Shown here piece after piece: positions 14,601 through 29,005 of a stretch of 64,000 nucleotides of DNA; position 1 is the stretch's first letter, and the number at the start of each line of letters is the position of its first letter. Position numbers and translations under genes: made by a program. Location: NCBI GenBank assembly GCA_964016885.1, contig OZ024753.1, forward strand, positions 19,096,001 to 19,160,000. Reading direction: 5' to 3'. Source of the DNA: Eledone cirrhosa. Taxonomy: Eukaryota. Under the pieces are notes generated by a model. It did no database searches. It saw only the letters and a program-made list of their open reading frames with translations, and was not told the DNA's origin.

Positions 14601-15761
14601 ATCCTATGTTTTTTCGTAGGTCAGCACTCTTTTTTTCTATTTTAGTTATATATGATGGTATTTTTGGTGGTGTATTGTTCTTGTTAATATCTCTGCTATC
14701 ACCAAGATAATGCTTCACTGTCATTGCTAAGGCATATAAACAGGCGTTGATTTGCCAAAATGTTGGGGTTTTTATCCGTCGTAAATATTCAACCCCTATT
14801 TCGTCAATAACACGTAGTATTTCGTTATTTGGCTTTTTATTCACCATTGTCATTTTAACACGTTCAGCCAGAGAGATATTTATACATGAGTTAATTTCTC
14901 TCTGGAAGATTTCGTTGAGGGAAATTTTCAATTGTTTATACTTTTGATTATCATTATCGATAGTATTTTCCACAACAGTCGAGGTAGACTCGGATGGTGT
15001 ACGTGGTGTCACATGTATTCGTTTATTATTATTATTTCCTCGATTATTATCATTATCGATAGTGTTTCCCTCAGCATTCGAGGTAGACTTAGATGGTACA
15101 GGTGGTGTCAAGTTTCTTACAGGCATAGTTGTTTCAAGGCGCTGTTCGACCTGGCTGCTAGGAAGTCTAGTAGCATGGTGATCTGTAGCACTTGCTGTTG
15201 ATTCCATGTTTGTTGTGCGGGACTTACAATTAATAATATTTATCTTATTTTTACGTTCAACAAACGTCGCTTGTTGGCGTAGTTGTTTCGCTGTGAAATA
15301 ATTTAGCTCTGGGTGCATTTCGTCCCAGTGTAGCTTCATTCTATTCATATAGCCAATGGAGGGATTGTTTTTTGCCATTTTATAACAATTAAATAAATCA
15401 TTATTAAGTTCGCAACTCCAAGAGAAATGCGATTTATAATTTCGGTTTCTTCTGTAGCTACAACTGAATAAAGTTTGATTACCTTCTTTGTTATTTGTCT
15501 TCGATACTTCCTTAATTTTCTTGTTGATGTTGTGTTCAGCCATGCTGTTTGTAGCAAATCCTTGTAAAATGAATTATGTATTTAGTCGGATATCTCTACG
15601 AATTCGAATAAAAGGTGTCTTCAGAAGGGATATTTAGAATAATAACCAGTTATTCAACCTGGCTGTAGTTGTGGCATTACTGTCGGAGATAGTATTCATC
15701 TTAAATTTAATAAATAGTCTCCCACGCCAAAATATGCGACTGATCGCGTTGATTGACTTAT
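11646..15761 (-). mobile_element. Second, distinct R4/Dong-like non-LTR retrotransposon with multiple frameshifts
   Basis: Colinear ORF pieces: N-terminus 14524-15543, YRPIACQN, WLDYKKGFDSVPH, QGDSLS, DDLKLY, EGRGL, HNRPDIIIWD..E, PVIIGAL. (TATG)n on both sides. Confidence 0.85.
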
Positions 15762-15815
15762 TATGTATGTATGTATGTATGTATGTATGTATGTATATAT
15801 GTATGTATGATAGAT

Positions 15816-16214
15816 GACCCCATAGCCTTTGTCAAACAGAATTCTAGGAGAAGGAAAACTCTGATATAACACCTGCAACCCTGATGGTATTCAATGTGTT
15901 GACTTGTTCTTCTTTTTGGTAAATATCATCTTGGTTAAGAGAGTGGGACTGGCTTTGTGCAGTGCCTTTGCTCACTATAAAAGCTTCACGGCACAGGCAT
16001 TGCTTTATATATGGAGATCTCTCTGCACTTGTCGTCACATAGTACCATGGGCCCAGCACTATGTGTCAATAATTGTCACAAGTGTTGTGTTTGTACCAGA
16101 GTTTTCAAGTTGGTGGCTGGACTAAAAAGTCACACTCGTTCAGCGCATCGGTAGGGGTTCTCCTGCATGGATATAAAGTAGTGGCCGTAATCGAAAACGA
16201 GTTGGCAACCACCA
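15816..16214 (+). mobile_element. Family A SINE-like copy
   Basis: Aligns to the other copies and has a (TA)n tail. Confidence 0.8.
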
Positions 16215-16285
<71 letters not shown>

Positions 16286-16290
16286 GTATG

Positions 16291-16321
<31 letters not shown>

Positions 16322-16390
16322 CTATATACATATATATATGTATATATATATATATGTATATACATATATATGTATGAATATATATATATG

Positions 16391-16437
<47 letters not shown>

Positions 16438-16538
16438 GTATATATATATATGTATGCATATATATATATTTATATGTATATATATGTATGTACATATATA
16501 TATATGTATGTATATATATATATACATATATATGTATG

Positions 16539-16600
<62 letters not shown>

Positions 16601-16734
16601 CATGTATATATTTATATGTATGTATATATATATGTATGTATATATATATATATATATGTATGTATATATATATATATGTATGTATATATATATGTATGTA
16701 TGTATATATGTATATGTATGTATATATAGATATG

Positions 16735-16789
<55 letters not shown>

Positions 16790-17085
16790 ATATATATATG
16801 TATGTATATATATATGTATGTATATATATATAGATATATATAAGCTTGGCAGCTTGTTGGTACGGACATGAATTGCTGAACGTCGATATTTGAAATTTTA
16901 AATCGACAGTAATCGGTTTTATGTACGGCTGTAATTTTTCAGAAGACAAGGATAAGATACAAAAAAGATAAGTTTTTGTGCTATGACGCGATTATTTTGA
17001 CGTATATTTTTTAATGTATATTAGCGTGTTAAACATGTTTATTTTCACTGTGTGATATTCTCCTAAAAACAACACACACACGTGC

Positions 17086-17285
17086 NNNNNNNNNNNNNNN
17101 NNNNNNNNNNNNNNNNNNNNNNNNNNNNNNNNNNNNNNNNNNNNNNNNNNNNNNNNNNNNNNNNNNNNNNNNNNNNNNNNNNNNNNNNNNNNNNNNNNNN
17201 NNNNNNNNNNNNNNNNNNNNNNNNNNNNNNNNNNNNNNNNNNNNNNNNNNNNNNNNNNNNNNNNNNNNNNNNNNNNNNNNNNNNN
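17086..17285. other. Assembly gap (200 N)
   Basis: Run of N. Confidence 1.
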
Positions 17286-20200
17286 CTACACTTCCCACTA
17301 TCTCTCTTTCTCCCCTCCACAGCGAAATGGACTGCATACAGAAAAAGGTGAAAATAGGGGTCAGCGAAACTAGTCAAAGATGGAACTAGCGGTTTTGATC
17401 AAGGGGTGGACCATGGCTGATGGGTCTCCACCAAGCAAAAAGATAGCGGAGAACCTGAAAAGCCATGGGTTTCTGAGGACCCTGGCACAGATAGAGAGAA
17501 AGAGAAAATAAATTAAGAAGGCCTATATCCTCATAACGCCACATATGGCGATGCTAAGCTGTGTTCTCAATGAGGAGAAAACCGAAGAGAAAGGAGAGGA
17601 GAGGGAAAAGAAAAGGAGGAGAGCACAAGCACAGACCTAAAAGAAAATGAGATACCCGCCGCCACAGTCAGGGAGGACAGGCCAGGCAACCAACAAGCAA
17701 AAGATAAAGGTGAAAAGCGAAATCACCTTCCGAAGGAGAACCAAGCGCAGAGGGACCAGCGGACAACTGTTCAAAGGAAGAACAGAAAGCACCGATACAC
17801 TGGGAGCAAGAAAAAATGTAATGTGCAAGTTTTTCAGGAACGGGACCTGCTGGCATGGAGAGACAGGGATGGGATGCAGATTCGCCCACCCCAGGTCTCA
17901 AACGAACTATGCCCATCCTACTCGCGCAACATGCCCCAGCCAAAGCCGAAACAAGCCGCTCCAGAAGTATGCTGAAGTCGTGCGTGCCGCACCAACAAGG
18001 AGAAGGCACGCACATGCCGACGAGATACAGATGGCAGCAGCAGAGCAGAAACATTTTTCAGTGATGGCAGAGATGATTGTGGGAGAGCTGACCTGGCTGC
18101 ATCGTTTCCAGAGACAGGGTCACCCACACCAGCACTCGAGACCACCACAGCTAAGGGACCCAGGGTGTTCGCCGCTGAAACCAGATCTGGTGTCATACCG
18201 ACAGCCATTACTGGCACCCCAAAAGTCACACCAGTGCTGCTGCTGAATGTCAGAGGCCTGGTGAAACTGAGTAACATGAGTAAAATTTCCTACCTGCGAG
18301 ACTTAGCCATAAGCAATCAAGTATTATGCATGACACTAACCGAAACGCATCTCACAAGCAGTATAGCAGATGCAGAAATACATATACCGAAATATACTGT
18401 ATTTCGTTCGGACAGGAAGGAGAGAACTGATGGTGGGGTTGCTCTGTATATCCGTGAAGATGTCACACCAATTGTACAGTTGACACATTCAAACTCAGTC
18501 TGTGACACATTGATAGTACATATGAAGCAACTACAGACAGTAATATGTGTCACATATCGGCCTCCCGATGCTCCCAGTCAGGAGGGTAAATTTGAGGATA
18601 GCCTAAGTAGGATGGAAGAGGTCCTTAACAAACTGGACCAGGGTCTCAACATTCTACTGCTGGGAGGCTTCAACCTACCAAAGGTCAAATGGCCTGAGGG
18701 CCACCTCCTCCCTGGAATGACGTCAATAGAACAGAGACAGAGGGAATCCCTGCTGGCCCTCACACACAGGCTGTTCATGGAGCAAGCAATACTCCTCCCA
18801 ACAAGAGGCGAAAATATCCTGGACCTCTATTTTACAAACATCAAATTGCTCCTCCACAATGTAAAGGTGATACCAACAATTCTCTCGGATCATAACCTAG
18901 TAGAACTGATGAGATGTGGTCCGAGAGAACCAACAGAGACAAAACCACTAAGAAGCTCCGGACGTTATCCAGCCTTAACTTCTCCAATGCTAACTGGAAA
19001 AAGATTAAGAGAGAAATCCGGAAGCAAACATGGAGCTAAAACATCGCCACTAAGACACTAACACACAATTTCAACACTTCATGACAATGATACACACTAT
19101 ATGCAACAAGTTTGTCCCGGAGAAAAAGGCAAATAGACACAAACATCTTATTCCCAGAGATAGGACAATCCTTATGAGACGTAGAACCAAGCTCTCAAAC
19201 CAGTTGAATGCTCAACAAGAAAACAAAAACAAGAAGGAATCATATTTGAAATGTGCACTACTCAGCACCGAGATTGCGTCAAACTTTCCCATGAAAATGA
19301 GAGGGCAAAGAAAGAGAACAGGGCCATAGAAAACATTAAAACAAACCCTAACGCCTTCTTTAAATTTGAAAAAGAAACTGCTCGGTACACTTCCTTGGTA
19401 CACTGCAAGATTGGGCCTCTCTTCCATTAACCGAAAACCCCAAGAGATATGTGAAATACTGAACGAACAGTACAAAAGTGTGTTCACATGTCCACTGAGG
19501 CACATGCAAATAACGAAGCCAGAGGAGTTCTTTGATGCCACAACACTACATGAAGAAATGGCGACCATCAACCACATAGACGTAACGGAGGAGGATGAAA
19601 TTAGAACAGACTCAGCTGCTGCACCTGATGGATTCCCAGCAGTTCTCTTAAAAACATGTAAGCGGGCCTTAACAACTCCACTGAAGATGCACTTCAGAAG
19701 CTCCTTGGCTAGCGTGTACTACCCAAGGAGCAGAAAGAAGGCACAATATGCCCTATCCATAAAGGAGGTAGCAGAGCAGGGGCCAAAAACTATAGGCCAC
19801 TCTCCCTGACGTCGTATATCAGTAAGGTCATGGAGCGAGTCGTCAGAAAGAAACGGATCACTTTCCTCGAGGAAAAGAACCACCTGACTAGCACGCAGCA
19901 TGGCTTCCGCCCAGGAAGTAGCTGCCTTACACAGCTGGTACATCACTACGACTGGGTACTGAAACAACTGACAGCTCACATGTGGACGTGATATATCTTG
20001 ACTTTGCGAAGGCCTTTGACAAGGTCGACGACGGAATGATGTGTCACAAACTACACGGACTCGGCATAACTGGAAAAGTAGGTGAGTGGCTGCATGACTT
20101 CCTAAAGGACAGAAGCCAGACAGTCGCACCAATAACAAGTGGGGTGCTCCAAGGGACAGTCCTGGGACCACTACTGTTTTTGGTGCTCTCTCAGACATGC

Positions 20201-21236
20201 CCTCTGTAGTACATACAACAACATCCCTCACTAGCAATGCTGAAGACACTAATGTAGCACAGGCAATCAAAAACCTGGCTGGCGCTGCCCTTTTACAACA
20301 AGATCTGGATGACATATACAAATGGGCGGAAGAAAACAACATGCAGTTTAATGCTGGCAAATTCCAAGCCCTACAATACAAACCTCCAAGTTAACCTGCA
20401 AACACAAATATAATACAACACAACAACACAGGACCGGGAGGGACCGATATCCCCGTGTCAAAATCGATACGAGACCTGGACGAAGACATGAGCGATGATG
20501 CATCTTTTTCCTCACACATCATGAAAGTGGCGACAATGTGCAGACGACTCGCTGGCTGGATCTTGAGGACTTTCCGGACAAGAGACCGAGATACCATGTT
20601 GACACTATGGAGGACATTTGTCCTAAGCCGCCTGGACTACTGCTCCCAGTTGTGGTCACCCCATAGTGTCAAACTAACCACGGAGCTTGAGGCAATCCAG
20701 CGAAGCTACACCAAGAGGATTGCCACGATGAAGGAGACAAGCTACTGGGGGAGGCTAAAGGAACTGAACCTCTACTCCTTGGAACGAAGACGGAAGAGAT
20801 ACGCAGTGATCTACATGTGGAAAATCCTGGAGGGACTAGCACCAAACTTTGGCATTGGGAGCTGGACCAACCGTCGAACAGGACGCCACTATGTGGTGCC
20901 AAAAGTCCCGTCTTCCACATCTAGAATAAGGGGCAGGTATTTCAATAGCCTGGGATTCAAGGGCTCTCAACTATTCAACAAGCTGCCGAGGGATCTGAGA
21001 GATTTGCATGACGTGGAGGTGGATGTCTTCAATAAACATCTCGACACCTTGCTATCCAGGATCCCGGATGAGCCCACAGCAAGGCACGAGGGAAATCTAA
21101 GGGCAGCAGCAACAAACTCCCTCTGACACCAATGGCCAACCTATACAGGCTGGACATATAATGTGTAGCAACAAGGGCGGTGACCCAGCATGTCCTCAGC
21201 CGGATGGCTGAAACAGGTAAAAGAGTAGAAGAGTAA
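17286..21236 (+). mobile_element. CR1-type LINE, decayed (ORF1 CCCH finger, APE endonuclease, RT)
   Basis: CKFFRNGTCWHG..CRFAHP. APE motifs LNVRGL, TETHL, GGVALY, YRPP, PTRGENILDL, SDHN. RT motifs YLDFAKAFDKV, QGTVLGPLLF. C-terminal RLDYCSQLWSP and LYSLERRR. Several frameshifts. Confidence 0.85.
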
Positions 21237-21284
21237 TATATGTATATATATATATATATATATGTATCTGTATATATATGTATG

Positions 21285-21368
<84 letters not shown>

Positions 21369-21414
21369 TATGTGTATATATATATGTATGTGTATATATA
21401 TATATACATAAATG

Positions 21415-21480
<66 letters not shown>

Positions 21481-21514
21481 CATTTATGTATATATATATA
21501 TGTATATATATATA

Positions 21515-23432
21515 ATATTAGGGATACTATTTATGGTTATGTATATATTAAAACTTTTTATACTTATGTATATTTTAAACCCAAAACAGTGAAGGCCAGT
21601 AATTTATTACTACCTTATTACCAGTAAGATAAATAGCTCAATGTAATAACATCAGTTTTTCTACAGAACAGTTATATAGAATTCACAAGAATCAAAGCTA
21701 TGTTCAAAGTATTTATTCACTTACAATTGTTTCATCCAAACCTAGGCTTGGTGTCTTCCGAGCATTTTTCAATGTGTGTACACATATTTGACCTCCTTTC
21801 CAACGCAAGAGACATACAGATACACATATATATATTGATGTAAAGTGGAGTGGCATATATTATACTATATTATTTTTGTACAGCAATTCAAAATCAAAAT
21901 CAAATTCAAAATGAATATCAAAATCAAAATCAAGACCAAAATTAAAATACATTCGGCAGATAACACAGATAATGCAAGAGGATAGTTTGATAGTCAGATC
22001 TAGTAGGTAGTGTATGCGTTAGTTACACGAGGAGCATGCAAGTGTGTCTCGATTTTATACTATTATTGTGTGGCAGGGTGTTACACGTAATGCAAGCACA
22101 TTAAGCGGGTAAGCAAGATTATTATGGTGGTTGTAGTGGTAAGGGATATTTCTAGGGTATAAAGTTATAGATAGATGGAATGATTTGTGTCGACATAGGG
22201 TGGATCAGAGAGTGTGGAGTTGTGGTGTAAGGTGTGCCCTTGAGGTGCGGAGTTAGAAGTGGTGATAGTTTCAAGTCCAACATTATTATATATTGGGTTT
22301 AAAGTTTTGGAAGGAGCGCAGGAAGCGGTGCTGGCACGACGCAAAAACACTCCGATTTTTTATCAAGGAGGTTATGGTTTGAGAAGATTATAATATGGGT
22401 CCCTAGTAGACAGAGGTTACAGAATTTATTAGGTGGTTTGTACGATGCCGCCCTACCTATCACTTCCCATTGAAGTGTATAAGATCTATTTCTATTTTTA
22501 GATAGTGTATGTAGCTAGATAGTGAAGTGGGGTTGGCTAGACTGTGTTTTTTGAAAGAATGGAGGTGTGAATTGTATCTGGTTTTGAAGCAGTTCGAAGT
22601 AGAGCCTATATAGGTTTCATAAGAGTTGCTAGTTCTGACGGTGCAAGAGTATATGATGTCCTTGATTAAGCAGTTTTTATCTAAAGGGCAGGTTCTATTA
22701 GATCTACAGTTACAATTATTTTGGATGTTAACCCGCCGGTTATTATGTTGTGTAGAAATCTGGTTGCTAGGTATTGCATTATGGCTATGGGGGTAGTCGC
22801 TCCTAGCGTTATTGCTTTCACTAGTGATATTACTATTATTACTATTGATATTACGGTTTGCAGGTATTACGTTGTTTTGAAGATTTACCCCCTGCTGTGT
22901 TTTAGTTTGTTGGAAGTAGGTATTAATTTTTCTTTTATTGCTACTAGCTATGTGGGATGCTATGTTAGGCGTGGTAGAGTAGGAGATGTTAATGGTGTTT
23001 TTATTTATAAGACTATGGTACTTGTGGCCAGATGGGAAGTTTTTTTATCTAGGAGTGAGAAGAAAGCCTTAGGTACGTTTGTAGAGACGTTTAGATTGAA
23101 AGGGGTGTTGAAAAATGTATTATTTTGTCTTCTATCTTTGTTTTTTATGTCTGATGAGATGCTTCCATTTATATTAGTTTGGTGTCCTCCCTGGTGTGGG
23201 TTACGTTTGTTGCCACCCTTCGTACTAGTGTGTGTGTGGTTATTATTCTTATTACTAGTTTTCCTCATTGACATATTGTGCGAAATAATGTTGTAACTAT
23301 GTATTTTTATAGGTAGGAACTCGATCTCATTATTATGGCTTGATCTAGCTAATGCCCGATTATAGTATTGTGAGTTATTGCTAAATATGGTTTCGTCATA
23401 AGATAGATTAGAGATAATATCCGATAGAATAC
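21515..23432 (-). mobile_element. Naiad-like PLE 3' part (left arm of an inverted dimer)
   Basis: Minus strand: LSYDETIFSNNSQYYNRALARS, FFNTPFNLNVSTNVPKAFFSLLDK, then the CNCRSNRTCPLDKNC..YIGST GIY-YIG region. Confidence 0.85.
21718..21764 (-). ncRNA. Hammerhead motif (U4 changed to G) near the PLE 3' end
   Basis: Minus strand: GCT-CGGAAGA-CA-CCAAGCCT-AGGTTTGG-AT-GAAAC-AATT-GTA-AGT, then AATAAA. Shares the flanking ATAGCTCAATGTAAT with the 2.7-kb element. Confidence 0.55.
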
Positions 23433-23435
23433 CAT

Positions 23436-25840
23436 CAACGGAAGCATCTCACCAGACATAAAAAACAAAAATAGAAGAAGAAATAATACATTTTTCAACA
23501 CCTCTTTCAATCTAAACGTCTCTACCAACCTACCTAAGGCTTTCTTCTCACTCCTAGATAAAAAACTTCCCATCTGGCCACAAGTACCATAGTCTTATAA
23601 ATAAAAACACCATTAAAATCTCCTACTCTACCACGCCTAACATTGCATACCACATAGCTAGTAGCAATAAAAGAAAAATTTATACTTACTTCCAACATAC
23701 TAAAACACAGCAGGGTATAAACCTTCAAAACAACGTAATACCTGCAAACCCTAATATCAATAGTAATAATAGTAACATCACTAGTGAAAGCAATAACGCT
23801 AGGAGCGACTACCCCCATAACCATAATGCAATACCTAGCAACCAGATTTCTACACAACATAATAACCGGCAGGTTAACATCCAAAATAATTGTAACTGTA
23901 GATCTAATAGAACCTGCCCTTTAGATAAAAACTGCTTAATCAAGGACATCATATACTCATGCACCGTCAGAACTAGCAACTCTTATGAAACCTATATAGG
24001 CTCTACTTCGAACTGCTTCAAAACCAGATACCATTCACACCTCCATTCTTTCAAAATACACAGTCTAGCCAACTCAAATTCACTATCTAGCTACATACAC
24101 TATCTAAAAACTAGAAATAGATCTTATACACTTCAATGGGAAGTGATAGGTAAGGCGGCATCGTACAAACCACCTAATAAATTCTGTAACCTCTGTCTAC
24201 TAGAGACCCATGCTATAATCTTCTCAAACCTTAGCCTCCTTAATAAAAAATCGGAGTGTGTTTGCGTCGTGCCAGCACCGCTTCCGGCACTCCTTCCAAA
24301 ACGTTAGACCCAATATATAACAATGGCGGACTTGAACCCATCACCACTTCTAACTCCACACCTCAAGGGCACACCTTACACCACACCTCCACACTCTCTG
24401 ATCCACCCTATCTCGACACAAATCATTCCATCTATCTGTAACTTTATACCCTAGAAATGTCCCCATAAACACCTAATTTTAATATAACTACTTTCAATTA
24501 CTTACACTTATATAATGATACAATACAGTCTATATAAACATTAAATACTAGATACGGCAATAAATAACTATGCATTTGTAATTAAATGTTTGGAGTGATA
24601 ACATTGGATATATATAAGATTAATTTATTAACATAAGAGATCTGTCTAACTTATATGTAGGGTGCTGAAATGAATTATGTATAAATTATATATATGAATT
24701 ATATATGCAAGTATAACTTGATGGATAGATTAATGACATTGTAAATGAGGGATGTATTTGTCTGCCCTAGAGATGTATTTTATTTTGCCATGCAAACAGC
24801 CATACGCTACTCCATAACTTGCCAGGGGTTATGTAGACAAAATTCTAATAGATCCCCTGATATGTTCTAAGAGTAGACTGCATTTACAGTGAACTTTGAT
24901 ATAAAAGCATGGCACTTTGTATGGAATATTCAATTGTAGCACTATATAATAGGGAGTAATCAACTTAATATAGATACCTTTAGTAAATCATGATAGCAGA
25001 GACGGTATTTAAAATTGGAAACTAGATATAAATGTATAACCGTCTACATAAGGGACTCAATTGAGGCGCCTTATAATGTATGTTAGAATTTAGTTATGGG
25101 ATTTGGCTAGATACATCCCCTTACGCATTAACTCCCCTTAATTACACACATACTTCCGGGTAATAAACCGCTGTAAATTCTCGCATCAGAATCAACCTAT
25201 TCTATAAACTATGATTAAATAACACTGAGCCTCAATACGCTAAAATAATTTATTTTAATGCATCAAACATTCAATACGGAATCATCGTTACTTATGTGAT
25301 GGATGTAGAAAATATTTCTTACTTTTTCTGAATGTGAAAATGATGGTGGATACGAAAACCATAACTTTCTTTTGCTTCTTCTTTTTATTTTTATTTTTCT
25401 GCACACATACTTTTTTGTTCTATAGAAAGAATACCCTACCACTACAACCACCATAATAATCTTTCTTACCCGCTTAAAGTGCTTGCATTACATGTAACAC
25501 CCTGCCACACAATAATAGTATAAAGATGAGACACACTTGCATGCTTCACATGTAACTAACGCATACACTACCTACTAGACCTGACTATCAAACTATCCTC
25601 TTGCATTTTCTGTGTTATCTGCCGAATGTATTTTAATTTTAATTTTAATTTTAATTTTAATTTTAATTTTAATTTTAATTTTAATTTTAATTTTAATTTT
25701 AATTTTTATTTTAATTTTAATTTTTATTTTGATTTTGAATTGCTGTACAAAAAAAGTATAGTGTAATATATGTCACCCCACTGTACATCAATATATATAT
25801 ATGTATCTGTATGTCTCGTGCGTTGGAAAGGAGGTACATA
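23436..25840 (+). mobile_element. Naiad-like PLE 3' part (right arm), interrupted by a ~960-bp insert at ~24465-25425
   Basis: Reverse complement of ~21785-23170 with scattered differences. (ATTTTA)n expansion at 25630-25735. Confidence 0.85.
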
Positions 25841-25917
25841 TACATATATAGATATACATGCATACATATATATATACTTACATTCATATATATATATATA
25901 TATATATATACATACAT

Positions 25918-26006
<89 letters not shown>

Positions 26007-26248
26007 TATAATTATATACATATATATATACATACATACATATATATACATACATACATATATATACATATATATATATAGATATACATTCATACATATA
26101 TATATATACATACATACATATATATACATACATACATATATATATACATACATATATATATATATATGCATACATATATATATATATATATATATATACA
26201 TACATATATATATATATACATACATACATATATATATATACATGTATG

Positions 26249-26328
<80 letters not shown>

Positions 26329-26531
26329 CATATATATATATACATACATATATATATATATATACATACATATATATATATATATATACATACATATATA
26401 TATATATACATACATATATATATATATATACATACATATATATATATACATACATATATATATATATATACATACATATATATATATATATACATACATA
26501 TATATATATATACATACATATATATATATAC

Positions 26532-26826
26532 ATGGTGGCTGCCAACTCGTTTTCGAGTATGGCCACTACTTTATATCCATGTAGAACTCCTACCGATGCG
26601 CTGAACGAGTGTGACTTTTTAGTCCAGCCAGCGACTTGAAAACTCTGGTACAAACACTGGACTTGTGACAATTATTGACACATAGTGCTGGGCCCATGGT
26701 ACCATGTGACGACAAGTGCAGAGAGATCTCCAGACATAAAGCAATGCCTGTGCCGTGAAGCTTTTATAGTGAGCAAAAGCATTGCACAAAGCCAGTCCCA
26801 CTCTCTTAACCAAGATGATATTTACC
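26532..26826 (-). mobile_element. Family A SINE-like copy, 5'-truncated
   Basis: Reverse complement of family A. Confidence 0.8.
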
Positions 26827-27020
26827 ATATATATACACACATATATATACATACTTAGATATATATACATTTATACATATATACATATATACATATATAC
26901 ATATACATGCATACATACATATACATGCATACATACATATATACATATATACATACATATACATATATACATATATATACATACATATATATATATACAT
27001 ACGTACATATATATACATAC

Positions 27021-27054
<34 letters not shown>

Positions 27055-27055
27055 G

Positions 27056-27145
<90 letters not shown>

Positions 27146-27149
<4 letters not shown>

Positions 27150-27980
27150 AATATAGATGAGATTCTACAGGACTAGAACTGTTTCATTCATTAGAAATCA
27201 TCAGGAATCTGGGTATCAAAAAATAAATATGGTATTTATAGGTCTCTACAAGTGGTAGGAGAGGGTGGGGAGTGGGATGGGTGCAGGTCATTGGTTGATA
27301 GAGAAGGGAATTCATTAAAGGCTAATTCTACATAGCTATAGTTAATTTATATTTATTTATGTTTTTAGAGTAACAAATATATATGTTTTTTTGTGAATGT
27401 GTCTGTTGATTTGGCATATTGTTGATTAGTTTAGGAGAAGTTCGAAGATAATAGTAAGATATGCACTCAGTATTTTGAATCTGTCTGCAGAATTCCCTAG
27501 ACCTTTGTCACTTAGCAGAACTTAATGACTTTAGCTTTTAAAGAATCTCCCTTTTCTTTAATTCTATCGAGCATGAATGACCCCCTACTGATTTTATAGA
27601 CATCTGCTAGCTTAAGAGAAACTTATTGACAAGGAATGGTATGCCATCCGGAACTTGTTTATAGATTTCTGTCTGCCTTTGTTACTCTAAAAACATAAAT
27701 AAATATAAATTAACTATAGCTATGTAGAATTAGCCTTTAATGAATTCCCTTCTCTATCAACCAATGACCTGCACCCATCCCACTCCCCACCCTCTCCTAC
27801 CACTTGTAGAGACCTATAAATACCATATTTATTTTTTGATACCCAGATTCCTGATGATTTCTAATGAATGAAACAGTTCTAGTCCTGTAGAATCTCATCT
27901 ATATTAAAACCTTTATACTCTGCTATGTATTGAGTACCTTACTTACTGTGGTTACCTCCGATTCAACCCGGAATAACGTA
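27146..27980. repeat. Inverted repeat (arms 27146-27377 / 27679-27909) of an HHR-bearing element in (TA)n
   Basis: Near-perfect reverse-complement arms. The same family recurs at ~45720-45950 and 46149-46257. Confidence 0.9.
27845..27895 (+). ncRNA. Type I hammerhead ribozyme (twin at 27160-27210 -)
   Basis: AGATTC-CTGATGA-T-TTC-TAAT-GAA-T-GAAA-CAG-TTCTAGTC-CTG-TA-GAATCT. 6-bp stem I and GUA cleavage triplet. Confidence 0.85.
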
Positions 27981-27982
27981 TA

Positions 27983-28041
<59 letters not shown>

Positions 28042-28048
28042 ATATATA

Positions 28049-28115
<67 letters not shown>

Positions 28116-28482
28116 CATACATACATATATTTAAGCAAAGAATCGCTGCTTTCACCGTTAACGGGACCTTCTGAAACTAATAAAACATATACTATATATA
28201 TATAGTAAGGTGTATTATTGGTTGTATAAACCGGTCCCAAAAATGTATGTTAGGAATATTAAGTTCTCCACGCTTTTGTATATCTCCAATCCCATTCAAG
28301 GGAACAGCTAGATGATGTAAAACGGAGTATAAAATGGAGATGTGATAGTTTTATGACCCTAACTGAAGCTGATAGCAGTCGCCGTATTTCTGACTACTGA
28401 ATCTTCATATGAGGGAATAAACTCTGTTAGTGAACATTGCTAATTTTCTCCCTCATATCAAGAATCTGAAGACAATTCATTT

Positions 28483-28556
28483 TCACCTGATGAGATCAGT
28501 GATAATTTATCATGGCTTTACGATCGATCTATATCTTATTGAAACATGTGTCGTGA
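28483..28556 (+). ncRNA. Type I hammerhead motif with long irregular stem II
   Basis: TCAC-CTGATGA-(47 nt)-GAAAC-ATGT-GTC-GTGA, about 45 nt before a TA tract. Confidence 0.55.
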
Positions 28557-28660
28557 TTAAAATGATTGGAATTTTACCTTGCCTTCAGATTTTCATTTTG
28601 ATATATATATATATATATACTATAAAACATATAGTATATATATATATACTATAAAAAATA

Positions 28661-28725
<65 letters not shown>

Positions 28726-28847
28726 ATATATATACTATAAAACATATAGTATATATATATAGTATATATATACTATAAAACATATAGTATATAAATATAT
28801 ATATATATATATACTATATGTAGTATATATATACTATAAAACATATA

Positions 28848-28879
<32 letters not shown>

Positions 28880-28885
28880 TATATG

Positions 28886-29005
28886 TATATTATCTCGCTC
28901 AAGTTCTGTTGCGTATGCGGTATGTGTATATTATCTCGCTCAAGTTCTCTTGTCTATGCGGTAAATATATAATATCTCGCTCACGTTCTGTTGTCTATGC
29001 GGTAT
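28886..29005. repeat. Minisatellite, 41-bp unit x3
   Basis: TATATTATCTCGCTCAAGTTCTGTTG...TATGCGG repeated. Confidence 0.85.

Noticed and set aside
23151-23170. CTGATGAG as a hammerhead core
   Set aside because: Antisense of PLE coding sequence, with no stem II/GAAA partner.
22721-23884. Paired hydrophobic ORFs (22721-23296 +, 23534-23884 -)
   Set aside because: Antisense frames of the inverted PLE arms.
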